In this document: one piece after another, positions 39,601 through 50,844 of the stretch | Layout of the letters: every line of letters begins with the position of its first letter | Numbering within the stretch: position 1 is the first letter of the stretch | Source: Balanoglossus misakiensis | Lineage: Eukaryota; Animalia; Hemichordata | Assembly (NCBI GenBank): GCA_040954595.2 | Contig: CM082591.2 | Span: forward strand, 2,377,158-2,441,157 | Reading direction: 5' to 3' | Length of the DNA stretch: 64,000 bases | The notes under the pieces: model-generated | What the model was told of the DNA's origin: nothing | The model's input: the letters and a program-made list of their open reading frames with translations, nothing else | Database searches by the model: none | Translations under genes and position numbers: made by a program

Positions 39601-42600
39601 GTTCCCCAAACTGATCGTACTTAGCACAGAGATTTTTTTGTACAAATACAATTTGTACAATTTGCTGTTTGTTGCTTTTAATTAATCCCATCTCCCACTC
39701 CGGGGATTAATACCAATCTACCCGGTTGAAAGCGATATTGGGTCGGTCTGTTTAGCGCTGGGAGATGCCAACACAGATGAGAATAAAATATTTGTACCGC
39801 AAGCGTGGCCACTTCACAGATTATCTTCGCTCCGCGGAGACTGTTGGTCGTGTCTCTAGGGACAGCTATCTCAAGCATTAACAGAGGGTTTGCGCTACTC
39901 CACCCTTAACGAGTCGGTGTGTACGGTTGTAAATATTTCACAAGAACCCAACCCTTGAAAGTCCGACAGATACATCTGACAATAGGCGCGAGCGTGTGTG
40001 TGTGAGATTCATCCAAATTTGATCAAGTCCTTCGCTGAAATGAGAACTCGGGTTTGTCCCAGATAGGCCAATTGCAATTTGCTAAATGGAGTCGAAATGT
40101 GTATTAGTACCTAGATGGTGTACACATAAATCCAAATGCATATTTTGTTGAGAATCGTCTCACGATCTCGAATGTTTAGTCAGATCAAATTCAAACAGTC
40201 AACCTACAGAACATTTTACTCGGAGTAGAGATGGACTTGTTAATTTTTAACTGTGTCTGTGCTACGGTTTCCATGCTTTCATGCATTTTAGTGTGATTAC
40301 CCCTAAAGCGATACCACCGGTTGATTTTACCCGTGAGATATTGTCACGCTACTGAGGTATGTTATTATGACCCCCAGTATGTCTACGTTTACCCTCTGCG
40401 CGTGTGACATAACGAAATTAATAGCCTATGTTTTCGCCGAATGGTTAGGGCAAATCTTAGTTTGATGCGACCTTCCATCTGAGATCGTGGTTCATCAAAT
40501 AATGAAAAAAAAACTTCTTGCCTTCATTAATTTCGTGCTAATGGAATAGCCTAATTTAGAATCACGTCTCAAGTGACGTCACACTGGTATCTGGATTTCT
40601 GTTAACGCTGGAAAGACGTCGCCGTCATGACGTCAGAATCGAAGCATCGCAGTTTTAAATGACGTCGAGTCTACATGATTTGACATCTGAAATCATACAC
40701 GCGGTAAATTTGAACTTTGACCTCACGTCTAGTGACGTCACACTAATGGCGTTATTAAATGTCGCCATGTTTGAACTGACATAATGCTAATGATGATGTG
40801 ATTAATTTGGAGTCGCTAGTATCATACTTTAGTTGGCACAGTTTAATCTCTTGTAACACAATGGAACCTTTCAGTGTTGAGATGTACTGCAACATAACAT
40901 ACTTTAAGCTGTGTTATCGCGTTAAAAAGGGGGTTACCCTGCCCGGTGTTCTCCTCGCCATCATGCAGTTGTAAATCCGAAATGAAAGTCTTAATATCTT
41001 GATTGTGTGAGGCTCACCTTTGATACAAGAGACTATAGTACAGCGCGGTTGTTGAAACGACTATCATGTTCAACTTGCCCGCAGTGTTACATGTTGGTAT
41101 TAGCGAGATAACGCCATTCTTTATCGTGCGCGCTGTTCGGCGTGCAACATTCCGACAAGGCGGGATTTGTCAATGATGCATCGGCGCTGCCTGCAGTAAT
41201 TCGCGGCCCATTGTAAAGACTGGACCCGTTGAGTTTCAGGGTTGTAGTTAATTATTTAAAGTGCACCTCATTTCCTGGTCTTGTCTGAGTGCAGGCGGGG
41301 AATAGTGGGCGGAAACACAATACAAGTTCACGGAGAACTGTTCACTGTATGTATCCGGCAAAAATTCTAAGACACGTTGGTCTCACAGTCGACTGTATTC
41401 CGTGCCACTCACTACTGGCAATATTAACGAATTAGCGAACCCCATTCCAACTTCCCGTCGGCCCGGCCCTCTGTTCTTTATTAGCTTTGCTCCGTACATA
41501 GAAAACTACTCGACCAAATCTCTTGGTGACCACAAAACGATTTTAATGGTAGGCAAGTCTATCGAGACGACAATACAAGAAGTGAATACGTTTTTGATAT
41601 ACAGCACTTTTCCTATCACACTCGTTCCAGATACATCCTGATGTTTTTCCCCTGCCCCATGAATATTTAAACGTGTTATTTGATACCTATAATTGTTAAT
41701 GGCATGCCTTCGTGTGTCCGTACGATAAGGGACCATCTGCTTTCGCGTGTATGTAGTTACAAAACTTCAAATACACGTCCATGTACATTATTTAGTTCTG
41801 TTCACATGTACAGAGATACGTAAATACATATATACAGTACATACATACATACATACATACATACATACATACATACATACATACATACATACATACATAC
41901 ATACATACATACATACATACATACAGTGAACAGATATAGGATAACGACTGGTATAATATTAAGGAGATGAACCCACTTTACCCGTTTACTATAATATGTC
42001 TAAATGTAAAAAAATGCAATCATTCATTTCTTTGCGGCTTTTCAGTGATGTCCGGAAATTACAATGGAACCATCGACACGCGACTGAAACACACAAAATA
42101 ATTGTATTTTCCATGCGGGGTCGGTGACAAAAGGCGAATGAATAATTAATTTGTGTTTTGTCAAAGTATTGCGTTTCGCCGAATGTTGCCTGTGTATTGA
42201 CACTGTGACCCCTGGTGTTACTCGGGGTACACGCTATTTTCCCATCATTGTGTGGCACCTCCCACGGGATTACTTCGAGTAATAAACAGCTATTAAGCCC
42301 GCTTTTATATAATAAGTCCTTTCAATGCCTCGGCTCAGATAATGAATGCTTTCTAATCGAATTTGGTGAAATGGATTAAAATGTAATTAGTGAACTGTGT
42401 CTGTGTGAGAAACATTGGTAATCAGTTGTAATGTAATGCGTCGGTGAGACACAGTCATCACCCAATAAACTATTAAATGGGCAGAGACGTGCCACCAATG
42501 TGTCTACAGTCAAGACCTTACTCCAGGAATATTGCTGGAAAATCTAGAGCCAGTGAAACGCGCCGAGCTAAACAGGCCTTAGGGGGGCATTTGGGACCAA

Positions 42601-45600
42601 GGAGCGTGAGCGTACCGCTGCCGGTGTGCTCTGGGCATCCGCCATTTTGGGATAGATATTTTACCGCTCATTCCGAGATCTCGCGAGACTTGGTTAACGG
42701 GCTGCTAGCCAAGTAATACAAGTCAAGCATAGGTGCAGGGTTTAACTAAAATAATAACTTTTGTGTCGTTTAACACGATGGGTCACTGATGTTTGTCCTG
42801 TGTCGCACGAGAATGCCCTCCTTTGTGAACTGCCTAGCCACGCGAGATCTTGCCGGGTCTCGTGGAGATCAGAAAACGGTCTATTGATTCGTATCCGTTT
42901 GTGTATGTGTGACAGAGGGCGCGTATACGACGCGGCAGCACTCCGAGATTGAGGCTGAGACTTGGCATACCAGTGAGCCGTGATCTAGCGACGTCAAATT
43001 CGTGGAAATAGAATCTGACAGGCAGATAGATACGTAAGTGGACGAGTGTGCCCACAGAGATGAGAGGGGAAAATGGCGGCCTATTCGCCTGACACAAAGA
43101 TTCACTCGTACAAAAGGAACGCCAACAAAAGGAACTCCCAGAGGTCTTGCTGGAGTCATGTCAGCACATTACTGCGCGTTCTTTCTTTAATTTGACGTGT
43201 AATTTTGGCATCAGGAATATTTGAACAACATATTGTGGTGCCATGGCAATTAGGCTCTCTTCATTTTCGCGCCTTCGGTGCGGTTTCGGCAGTACAGACG
43301 AGAATTTCTTTCTAACAAACTGACCCGTTTATACTGCATACTGTGTGGAATTCAAAGTTTTAATAAGAAAACCGATCGTTTCGTCTAAGGCAAAACTTAC
43401 AAAAAACGTTCAGGAAAATTACCTCGCTACGTCTGAGCTATTTTAATCTGCGCGTGTCACGGTATGCCAACGCTGTCCACATGCTCAGTGTATAGCCTGC
43501 TCTGTGTCGAGCAAAGAAATCGAAATTATATCTGACGACTGCAGAAACTGAGTTCTCTCTTGTGATCGAGGAGTCGCCACTGAATTATTTAGAGACCGAC
43601 TTCACCAGTCGCCGGCGACCAGAACAGCAAGTTGGGCGATTTTCACACCCTTTGTGTATATGCAAATGCGCTACAATCTCCGCCAATGAAACTTAATGGC
43701 GAGCATTCTAGTGAGAGTGGCCCGTTTCACCTAGACGTGTTAATGCCTTCCTTTGATATTTATATACAATTCTGTTAATCCGCGGTGCGTGGATTTCATA
43801 CAAATTAATCCGTCTCTGGCAGTGGTATCTTGTCTGCAGTATATTCGCGGTTCAATGTCGAGTAGGCAATAATGTTTCTGTCATCTACGCCATCATTTAG
43901 TCCGCCATGTTATTATCTCGTTTCCAACACAAACAGAAGCAAAAATGTCAAAGTCCTCTCCACGAATACGGAGCAAATGGGTCTGTCCGAATACGGGTAT
44001 AGTGACCGAAAACTGGGAATTATTGGCTCTCCTAGCAATGGACTGACCACAATGTGTAAAATCAGCACAAATTCAGAATGTATCTGTTCATAAAGCTCGT
44101 GGGCGAAGCAAAGCTATCGTTCGGCTGGTGTGGATTTAGCGGGGTGTATCTTGACATGTCGTGCAGTGGTATTTTCTACACGGCTTCACCCGTTCCACTT
44201 GAACGGCCGACCGTGCAGTATGATATGAGTCCATATGTAAGGCGGATCGGAGATTAACTTTTGTTGATGAATAACGCCGCTTAAAGAACCCATCAAAATC
44301 GACATTCATCAGAATCCTTAAGACCCCTCTTCCTCTCTGAATGTAAATGCCACAAGAGCGAGTTCAATTTCCCCTCGGTTGCTCGTCGAACCGGCTCTGC
44401 CCAAGTCAACTCTGGCAGGATTTAGAACTTTCACTTCGCTGGCTCTAAATCTCCATGGTGACGCGCGAAGTGTGAAGTCACATATTTGAATATTAATGAG
44501 AAACTTGGAACATGTGTCGGTATGTTTAACCTGTCGTCTGCAGCTGTATGAGGCTTCGTATTGGTCTCTCATCCGAATGGCATATTAATGATTAAAGGGA
44601 CACTAAGCGTAATTTTTTAGTTATATTTTATCTTCTGAAACGAGTTACTGTCTAACATATAGCCACTGTCCCAGGCCTGTTGATATTTGGGAGCACGCGT
44701 ACTTTACTGGTAGAAAATAAAACGGTCTGATGACTCTCTTGTTTCGCTCATCCGGGAACTTCACTGATTGATACGATTTATTGATAGAAGAAATGCATTA
44801 ATTTCCTCGTCTGTGAATGCATAAGAAACCGCAATATCCGAGAATCTATGGCACATCCTTAAATATGCACATATTAGACCGGGCTTTTTCCAGATTACGC
44901 GCTTAATAATATCTACAATAGTCTGGTCACACTAAGGACACATATTTCAAAGATTTTATATAAGGATTAACTTATTAAGAATCTAATAGGTATTCTGTAG
45001 GCATCACATAAGGCCACTTATTCCGTTCTCAAGTGTAATACTTTTCTTAATTAAGAGCCACTAGACTTTGAGGTCATAAATTTCAAGCGTGGGTGATATA
45101 AGCGACTTTTAGCCATTAAACAAAGAGCACGTACGCGCCAGTATCCACTATGGATCACCAGTCTCGGTGCATATGTGACTTTCATCACGACAGACTTTTG
45201 TCTAGACCTTCTGGGGCAGCGTTTCCGCTAGCACCCGAACAGCGCGGTGTGTTTTACCGAGGCAAATGAAAGCAGGGTATAGAACTTAGCTATAGAAATA
45301 GCCCTCCCAATAAATCCGCAGCGGGTGGGGGGGGGGGGGGGATCGATCGCTCAATATGATCTATGTTACACGTTCTCATTAATCTATATCAACATCAATC
45401 GACGAAACGGAAAAACATTGATTTTAAGTCATTTTTAATCATGAACAACAATTACAATATAAAGCGATCGGTTTATACTGCCACGGTTGTATTTTGCATA
45501 CTGTGTTTTTTTGTAAAGAGACAGATCGATGATAAGAGCGGGCAAACGTCAACTTTACGACAGTTGAGTTGAAAGATGGATAGCGGTATCAACGTTAAGC

Positions 45601-48600
45601 GGACGTGTCGAAACGAAGCCAATGTATCGAAGAGGAATTTCGTTAAAAAATCCCAGTATCTGTTATCTAGGGGCACTTCCGCTAGATGTGTCTCCCAGTA
45701 CGTACTAGTATATTATTAAAAGGGTCTTCGACGAAAACAAGTAGAACTTTTAAGTAGCCTTCGCATTAAGAGATTTCTGTTCGTGGTCATAAAAATAAAA
45801 TAGCGTCCGTTTGTAACTGTGAAAAAAAATTGGCCAACGCTGTCTGTTGCTTTGCTTGTGGATGTCAGATCCACAATCGCTTTTCATTCCCTGTTTTCAG
45901 TTGTCAACATTGATGGACAACATTTGGAATGAGTGTTGGCAGTTGGGGACATTTGCCTCTTAAGGACTGTGATTGTTAATTTAAAATATACTCGAAGAAA
46001 ATAGAGGAGCCATTTGTGTCCTTCCAGTCTGCTCGAACACGAAAACAGACATTAGGCGAAGTTTCAACGATGAACCATCTGCCAGTGGACAGGATCCTAA
46101 GACTGCTTTGCAGAGTCAAGTTCTTAGAACACGCCTTGAAGACATGGCGCTACGCATAACCGTTTCATTTCCAAGTTGCAGTATGTGGTTTTATTCAAAA
46201 TATGCACTAGCAAGGTCGCGTTTTCCATTCAGCGTTGGTGTATTAGACAAAGGAGGGCATCAGATGGCCATTCTCTCTAAAAATCCACTACTTCCTATGA
46301 ACCCTTCAGAAACTGTCAGCTTAAGTCACAACTAACACTTCTGTCACAATGAGTTTTCAATTCAATCATTTAGTCCTGCGATACAAGAATTTCAATTTCA
46401 ATAGCTGGAGCCGCATCTTTTTTTTCTCTCTGTCTCAGTCTCTCCCAGAAATCTCGGTCATCTCACTGGCGTTCTGTTTCAATGGGTTTAATGACATCGA
46501 CCTCATCCGCAAAGATGCCTTTGCATTGTGGATAACAGCACGCTAGACGCGAGGTCTGCGGGAATGTAGATTGTAGCTTATCAGTGGGCGCGTTGGGAAA
46601 ACAACGGTTTTCCCGATTCTTTGACATCACTTACATGTATACAAATATTTTTGTGAATGCGCCATAGTGAGACTGACCTTGCTCGCGTGTCAGATGCGCA
46701 AACGTTTTCACGCGAATGACGTAATATCAACCAGTTCTACCAAGTTCAATACAATGTATACACACGCGGTAACGATTTGTCTACCTCAGTGTTCAGCGAC
46801 AATGTTTGTCAATTTTCAGTTATCGGAAATTTTCTGTAAAATTAAGTATTATTTTTTCCAGTAAAAATCTCTGGTAAACCAGATACGATGTTGTTGTCGT
46901 TCTCGCTGCTGCTGGCCTTGTCATTAACAATGCTGCTGTTGAAGTCTTGAAATACTGATAACCTAGACAACTAGGTCGCCAGTAAGTCTTTCTATAAGCC
47001 CGCGCTGAAGAACGTGTTAATAGATATCCACCATTGATAGCATCAACGCGCTTTTCTAAGTTGGCAGCCAAGACGATATGGGAAGGGGGCACATGGGAGG
47101 GCAGGAGATATTAGATAGTGAGATTAGTCATGGCACGATAACATTTGAAAAGATGTTCAGGTAAATACCGCCATAGAAGCGGACCTCGGCTCTTAGTGGT
47201 AATTATCGTCTGCTGGTTTGGCCCTGCAGAGACTAAAGGTGTCAAGAGGGGTACCGCGCAGCTGACAATAGAGTTATGCATAATGCTGTCGATAAAAGGT
47301 GTCGTGTACTTTTTTTACATCCAGTGGGAAATTCGTACTTCGAGATTTTCAGGATTCTGTGTGATGCCTGGGGCGATTTCTAAAGGACCGGTGTTGTCGG
47401 CCTATTCACTCCGCCCAGGAGGCAGGTCTTCGTGCCCATACTGTGAATGTCCGATGCTCGGTTATTGCGTCTTTTGACATAAATGTAGTTCCTTCATAAC
47501 ACTGCGGATGAATACATTGTGGCCAATATTTTTGTTAATCGGCCTGGACTTGATTACAGTGATCGACGATATCTTGTCGTTTTGACGATCGTGTGAACGT
47601 GTCAAATTCTGTCGTGATCACGCCAGCATTTGGAAGGTGTTACTGTTCTGATTTTACTGGAAATACGCATGCTTTCCATTCTCCATCGGCAAATGGAGAA
47701 GGCGTCCTTTCTTTGCTCGGATTGAGGGTCAACGAAGCGCTTGTAATTGCGTTTTATTATCGATTACACGTCGTCCCCATTGTCCCTATAATATAAACTG
47801 CGTCTATCAGATATAAATAAAACAGAATATCCGTGCAAATTCAGACAGCGGAATCGAGAACCGTGCCACAATGTGTCTGTACAGTACCAAATAGACACAC
47901 GACACCAAAACGCATCCACACATTGCCAAAGAATGGTCTGATGGTAGCACACATCACGTTTAAACATCAAACCGTCCCTGTATTGACTTTAGAAACTATA
48001 CCCGCGGGACTGTGTAAAAATACAAGCACAGTATGAAATAACACTCAGACAATACCACAGTCCACAGCAATGCATGACGTCACTGGGGTTAATGGCAAGC
48101 CATCTGCAATGTTGCCTGAAGGATAAATAGTGCCATTGGCAATGTAGCTCTCATAACCGATTTGAAAGAACATTTGATCTGAATGGACAACAAAAATCTC
48201 TACGCCAGTGGTGTTCCTTCTGAGCAGGATGGTATGAAAGGTTGATCTGTATAACTTGCAAATTAATAATCTCGAATCCAGAAAGTCCCCGTCTTACAAC
48301 TGTCTGCCTCCACAAACTAATCAAAAGGGATATTGCTTTTCACAGACAATATTTTGACCAGCGTGTTAACATATCATCACACAAAACCCATCTTGCACCA
48401 TCTAAACCAATAATACACTTGAAATATTATTTTCTACATCTGAGAGAGAAAACTGCCTTAACCCTTAACATTCTGTGAAAGGTCCACATGGAACAGATAA
48501 CTTTTACACTCCTATTCCGTCCGAGTATTTATCGCAAACCCATTCGGTTTAAAAATTAAAAGGATGCTTATGAAAGTTCTGTCCACCCTCATTACTTATT

Positions 48601-50822
48601 TATGTGTACAAGATGTGCAAACCCACTATCTTAGTTCGGGATCCTTTGAAAATATACTTCTCTTACACTAATATTTGTTGCAAAAGTATTATATAAGACG
48701 AAGATGGGTGTATATTAATAATTAAATGTAAATATAAAACATTAAGTGTTATAAGGTATGACACCGAGATAAGACTATTTGTCCGGGTAATCGTGAATAT
48801 ACCAGGAAATGGACAGAAACGATTTCAAAGGGCATGATTTAACAGATACAGATCTATCCAAGTTTAGCTTGTTTAATATCGCTCTCCAAGACCCATTGTA
48901 TACACATTCAGACAGGTTTGCTGCGAATATTATCAATGACTCGAGTTCCTATTGAAGGAATGTGCAGCTATGAAAAATGTACAAATTTAGATATTTTGCC
49001 CTTTCGGGCATATTAATGTTAAATTATTCAGTCTTCAGCATATTCGAAGCGAATATTTGTCCTCAGAACGGAAGTATTTTCTTTGCGCAGGTGTAGCCAG
49101 AGCCTGGCTAATGTCAGTGTGATTATAAACCTCCAATAAAGAGTACATTGTTTAGCTTATATGCATTATATACATTAAACAGAGACCATATTTTATGCTT
49201 TGTTCGACATGCTCCTATCAACGTTATTAACCATTAGGGGATAGCCGTGTACATTGTTAAGGAGGCTGATCGTAAACGGTTACCATGGGAGCCAACATGC
49301 TAATTATCTAATATTTATCGTCGAAATTACATCGCCAGGAATATTCAGCTGTCGTTGTAGTAAATGGATGAGTAGTTTCACCTGAAAATAAAGACTTTAT
49401 GAGAAAGCAACGAACTATTAATATCCTGTGTGCGGAGAAAAGAATAAGGAATGACTTCATGCAAATTAAATGTACACATCGGACAAGGAAAGTGCGTGTC
49501 TTTAAATTTTAATGCTGCTTTCTTTGGGCTGTGTGTGTTGTTTACGATGCATGTATGACAATTTGACATATTTGATTTGTATACTTTCACAGGCTATGAA
49601 GGGATAAGTATTCTGTACTGTCTTTATTGTTATTATCACCATAATCATCATCATCGTTGTTGTTGTTGTTGTTTAATAGGGCATGTGTTATGCACGGTTG
49701 ACCCCTTGTTTCCAAATTAACAGTTCTGTGTACAGGCAAAAGTTTATTGTTTAAACGCCCACATCAACAAATATGGACCTTTTATATTGGTAATTAGCAA
49801 TAAAATTCGTGGTAATGGTACATATAGTAACATTTTATAACTTAAGGGATGAATTTGATAAAGCCAGGCACCATCGACATGTAAAAGTTTATATTGTCAA
49901 AACCACATTCACTTAATGGGGTGGGCGGAAAGTGTTTGAGATAAAACAGAATAATTCAAAGATATTCGTGGCTAATGGGTCGGTTATGTTTTGATACAAA
50001 TTGTTTGTACTGAACAATAATAGTAGCTAAGAAAACCGAAACTAGATTGTTCAATGGAAAGCTTACACGCCTCGTTTATGACCGCGGAGGCTTGACCCTA
50101 AAATATATTTATTAATCAAACATCACATTTACAGGTTACATGTCGTGACAACAAAAGTATAAGAAAGCCAATGACTGCGACGGTAGACAGACACTAGGGA
50201 TGTTCTCGTCACGGCACGTTATCTGAAGCCGAGTTTATCTGGGAATGGAGATGGTATATTAACACCTTCACAAGCCATCAGCTTAAATCTCCAGTGACTC
50301 AGTACACACTCCACACACCTTCTTTCCATTAAGCCCGACCAAATCTAATTTCCTTTTTCTTTTCTATTGGTACATGTATCATGGTAATGTCAATCTCCTG
50401 ACTTCAACAAGACCACGCAAATAATCAAAAAGGAAACGCGTTACTTAAATGGACGAGATTACGACTACTGGAAAAGTCGCGTTTCTGTCTCGAAATGTCA
50501 AGTTTTTGTCGAGAGTTTTTCAGTGCACGCGGCCTGTGCCCGATTGGTGGGAAAGGCGATGTATTGAGCGTTAACTGGTTACGGCGCGCGATAACGAAGA
50601 CGCTGAAAGTTTACTCTGTGCGCGCAAGCTTGTGAGAATCGCTGTTTTCCGCGGGGTTTCTGGGTGAGTTTGCACCTCGGCAGTATAGGTCATTTTGAAT
50701 CATATAATGCCACGAGAGAAAACTGGCACTCACCTGGTCAGACCGATTTGTATCTTCTCCGACGCATCCTGGCCCTTGCCGGCAAACCGACTTTTCAAAG
50801 TTTCGACGAGACTGAAAGACAT
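2418..50822 (-). CDS. VGLUT: Vesicular glutamate transporter (SLC17A6/7/8 / eat-4 ortholog), 12 coding exons: complement(join(2418..2711,2912..3039,3142..3252,3419..3551,3769..3918,4038..4174,4303..4389,4567..4654,4764..4878,5451..5569,5764..6028,50734..50822)); 571 aa
   Basis: Manual splicing gives an uninterrupted 1716-nt frame with GT..AG at every intron. It contains VGLUT hallmark motifs [86 protein letters not shown] and [12 protein letters not shown]. Exon 1 is less certain than exons 2-12. Confidence 0.93.
2912..3039 (-). CDS. VGLUT: VGLUT exon 11 ([43 protein letters not shown])
   Basis: 128 bp, CAG acceptor, GTGAGA donor; not in the ORF track, translated by hand. Confidence 0.96.
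3142..3252 (-). CDS. VGLUT: VGLUT exon 10 ([38 protein letters not shown])
   Basis: 111 bp, TAG acceptor, GTAGGC donor. Confidence 0.96.
3419..3551 (-). CDS. VGLUT: VGLUT exon 9 ([45 protein letters not shown])
   Basis: 133 bp, TAG acceptor, GTAGGT donor. Confidence 0.96.
3769..3918 (-). CDS. VGLUT: VGLUT exon 8 ([50 protein letters not shown])
   Basis: 150 bp, CAG acceptor, GTACGT donor; contains the conserved TM7 arginine (CRSW). Confidence 0.96.
4038..4174 (-). CDS. VGLUT: VGLUT exon 7 ([46 protein letters not shown])
   Basis: 137 bp, CAG acceptor, GTATCG donor; [17 protein letters not shown] motif. Confidence 0.94.
4303..4389 (-). CDS. VGLUT: VGLUT exon 6 ([30 protein letters not shown])
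   Basis: 87 bp, CAG acceptor, GTAGGT donor. Confidence 0.95.
4567..4654 (-). CDS. VGLUT: VGLUT exon 5 ([29 protein letters not shown])
   Basis: 88 bp, TAG acceptor, GTAAAA donor. Confidence 0.95.
4764..4878 (-). CDS. VGLUT: VGLUT exon 4 ([39 protein letters not shown])
   Basis: 115 bp, CAG acceptor, GTGAGA donor. Confidence 0.95.
5451..5569 (-). CDS. VGLUT: VGLUT exon 3 ([39 protein letters not shown])
   Basis: 119 bp, CAG acceptor, GTAAGA donor; not in the ORF track. Confidence 0.96.
5764..6028 (-). CDS. VGLUT: VGLUT exon 2 ([12 protein letters not shown]...[44 protein letters not shown])
   Basis: 265 bp, CAG acceptor at 6031-6029 (requires a phase-2 upstream exon), GTAAGT donor. Confidence 0.93.
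11496..11584 (+). repeat. Dispersed repeat fragment, copy 1 (TCTCGCGAGA-containing)
   Basis: Aligns with 42641-42722: CCGCTsATT..AGATCTCGCGAGACTTrGTTA..TGCTAGCCwAGTrATACAAG. Confidence 0.65.
11928..12005. repeat. 18-bp compound mini/microsatellite (GACACAGACAGATAGATA), about 4 units
   Basis: Directly visible; gives the CLCLSI/CVYLS repeats in the ORF track. Confidence 0.85.
15855..15960. repeat. (CAGT)n/(CTGT)n compound microsatellite
   Basis: Directly visible. Confidence 0.85.
18322..18478. repeat. GA-rich low-complexity purine tract
   Basis: Degenerate (GA)/(GAGAC) runs. Confidence 0.65.
21598..21760. mobile_element. 163-bp non-autonomous DNA transposon (MITE), Kolobok-like
   Basis: Perfect 16-bp TIRs AGGTATACGGTCACCT / AGGTGACCGTATACCT flanked by TTAA on both sides (21594-21597, 21761-21764). 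A TTAA TSD with purine (AG) termini fits Kolobok rather than piggyBac (CC termini). Confidence 0.85.
25677..25800. repeat. AT-rich (TA)n low-complexity imperfect palindrome
   Basis: CTGAATATATAC (25739-25750) and GTATATATTCAG (25763-25774) form a perfect inverted repeat; outer AACTATATA.. / ..TATATAGTT arms. Confidence 0.7.
29827..29913. repeat. (GAT)n trinucleotide microsatellite, ~29 units
   Basis: Directly visible; explains the poly-M and poly-S ORFs. Confidence 0.95.
33959..34085. repeat. Degenerate ~21-bp minisatellite, ~6 units
   Basis: Units such as TACGTAATCAAATGTGGGGTT / TACGCAGTTAAAACTGCGCTT / TACATAGTCAAATGTGGGATT. Confidence 0.7.
36612..36746. repeat. (TCTG)n + (GAGT)n compound microsatellite
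   Basis: Directly visible. Confidence 0.95.
40562..40745. promoter_or_regulatory. CRE (CREB/ATF) cluster with DR1 nuclear-receptor element; candidate intronic enhancer
   Basis: TGACGTCA at 40574-40581, 40628-40635 and 40733-40740; TGACGTCG at 40660-40667; TGAACTTTGACCT at 40711-40723. Confidence 0.55.
41838..41925. repeat. (TACA)n microsatellite, ~22 units
   Basis: Directly visible. Confidence 0.95.
42641..42722 (+). repeat. Dispersed repeat fragment, copy 2 (TCTCGCGAGA-containing)
   Basis: Same-orientation homolog of 11496-11584 with an internal indel of ~8-9 bp. Confidence 0.65.
50734..50822 (-). CDS. VGLUT: VGLUT coding exon 1 ([29 protein letters not shown]+R)
   Basis: ATG at 50822; 89 bp ending in a consensus CAG|GTGAGT donor in phase 2, which is what exon 2 needs. 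The peptide resembles vertebrate VGLUT2/3 N-termini as I recall them (LKNFAGKSLGQIYR; MPFKAFDTFKEKI). Promoter motifs lie directly upstream. Confidence 0.8.
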
Positions 50823-50844
50823 ACCGGAGTGCGTTGCAACGAAA

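Larger units (their letters stand above)
6029..50733 (-). other. VGLUT intron 1 (~44.7 kb)
   Basis: Interval between the exon 1 donor (GTGAGT) and the exon 2 acceptor (CAG); no other convincing coding sequence inside. Confidence 0.75.

Noticed and set aside
44591-44620. TTAAAGGGACACTAAGC as the left end of another Kolobok-like MITE
   Set aside because: No matching inverted terminus found nearby
8500-50000. Numerous 60-150 aa ORFs in intron 1 as nested genes or transposase/RT fragments
   Set aside because: No recognisable domains (no DDE, RT or zinc-finger motifs) and no consistent exon chains; lengths as expected from random sequence. A BLASTX could still reveal decayed fragments.
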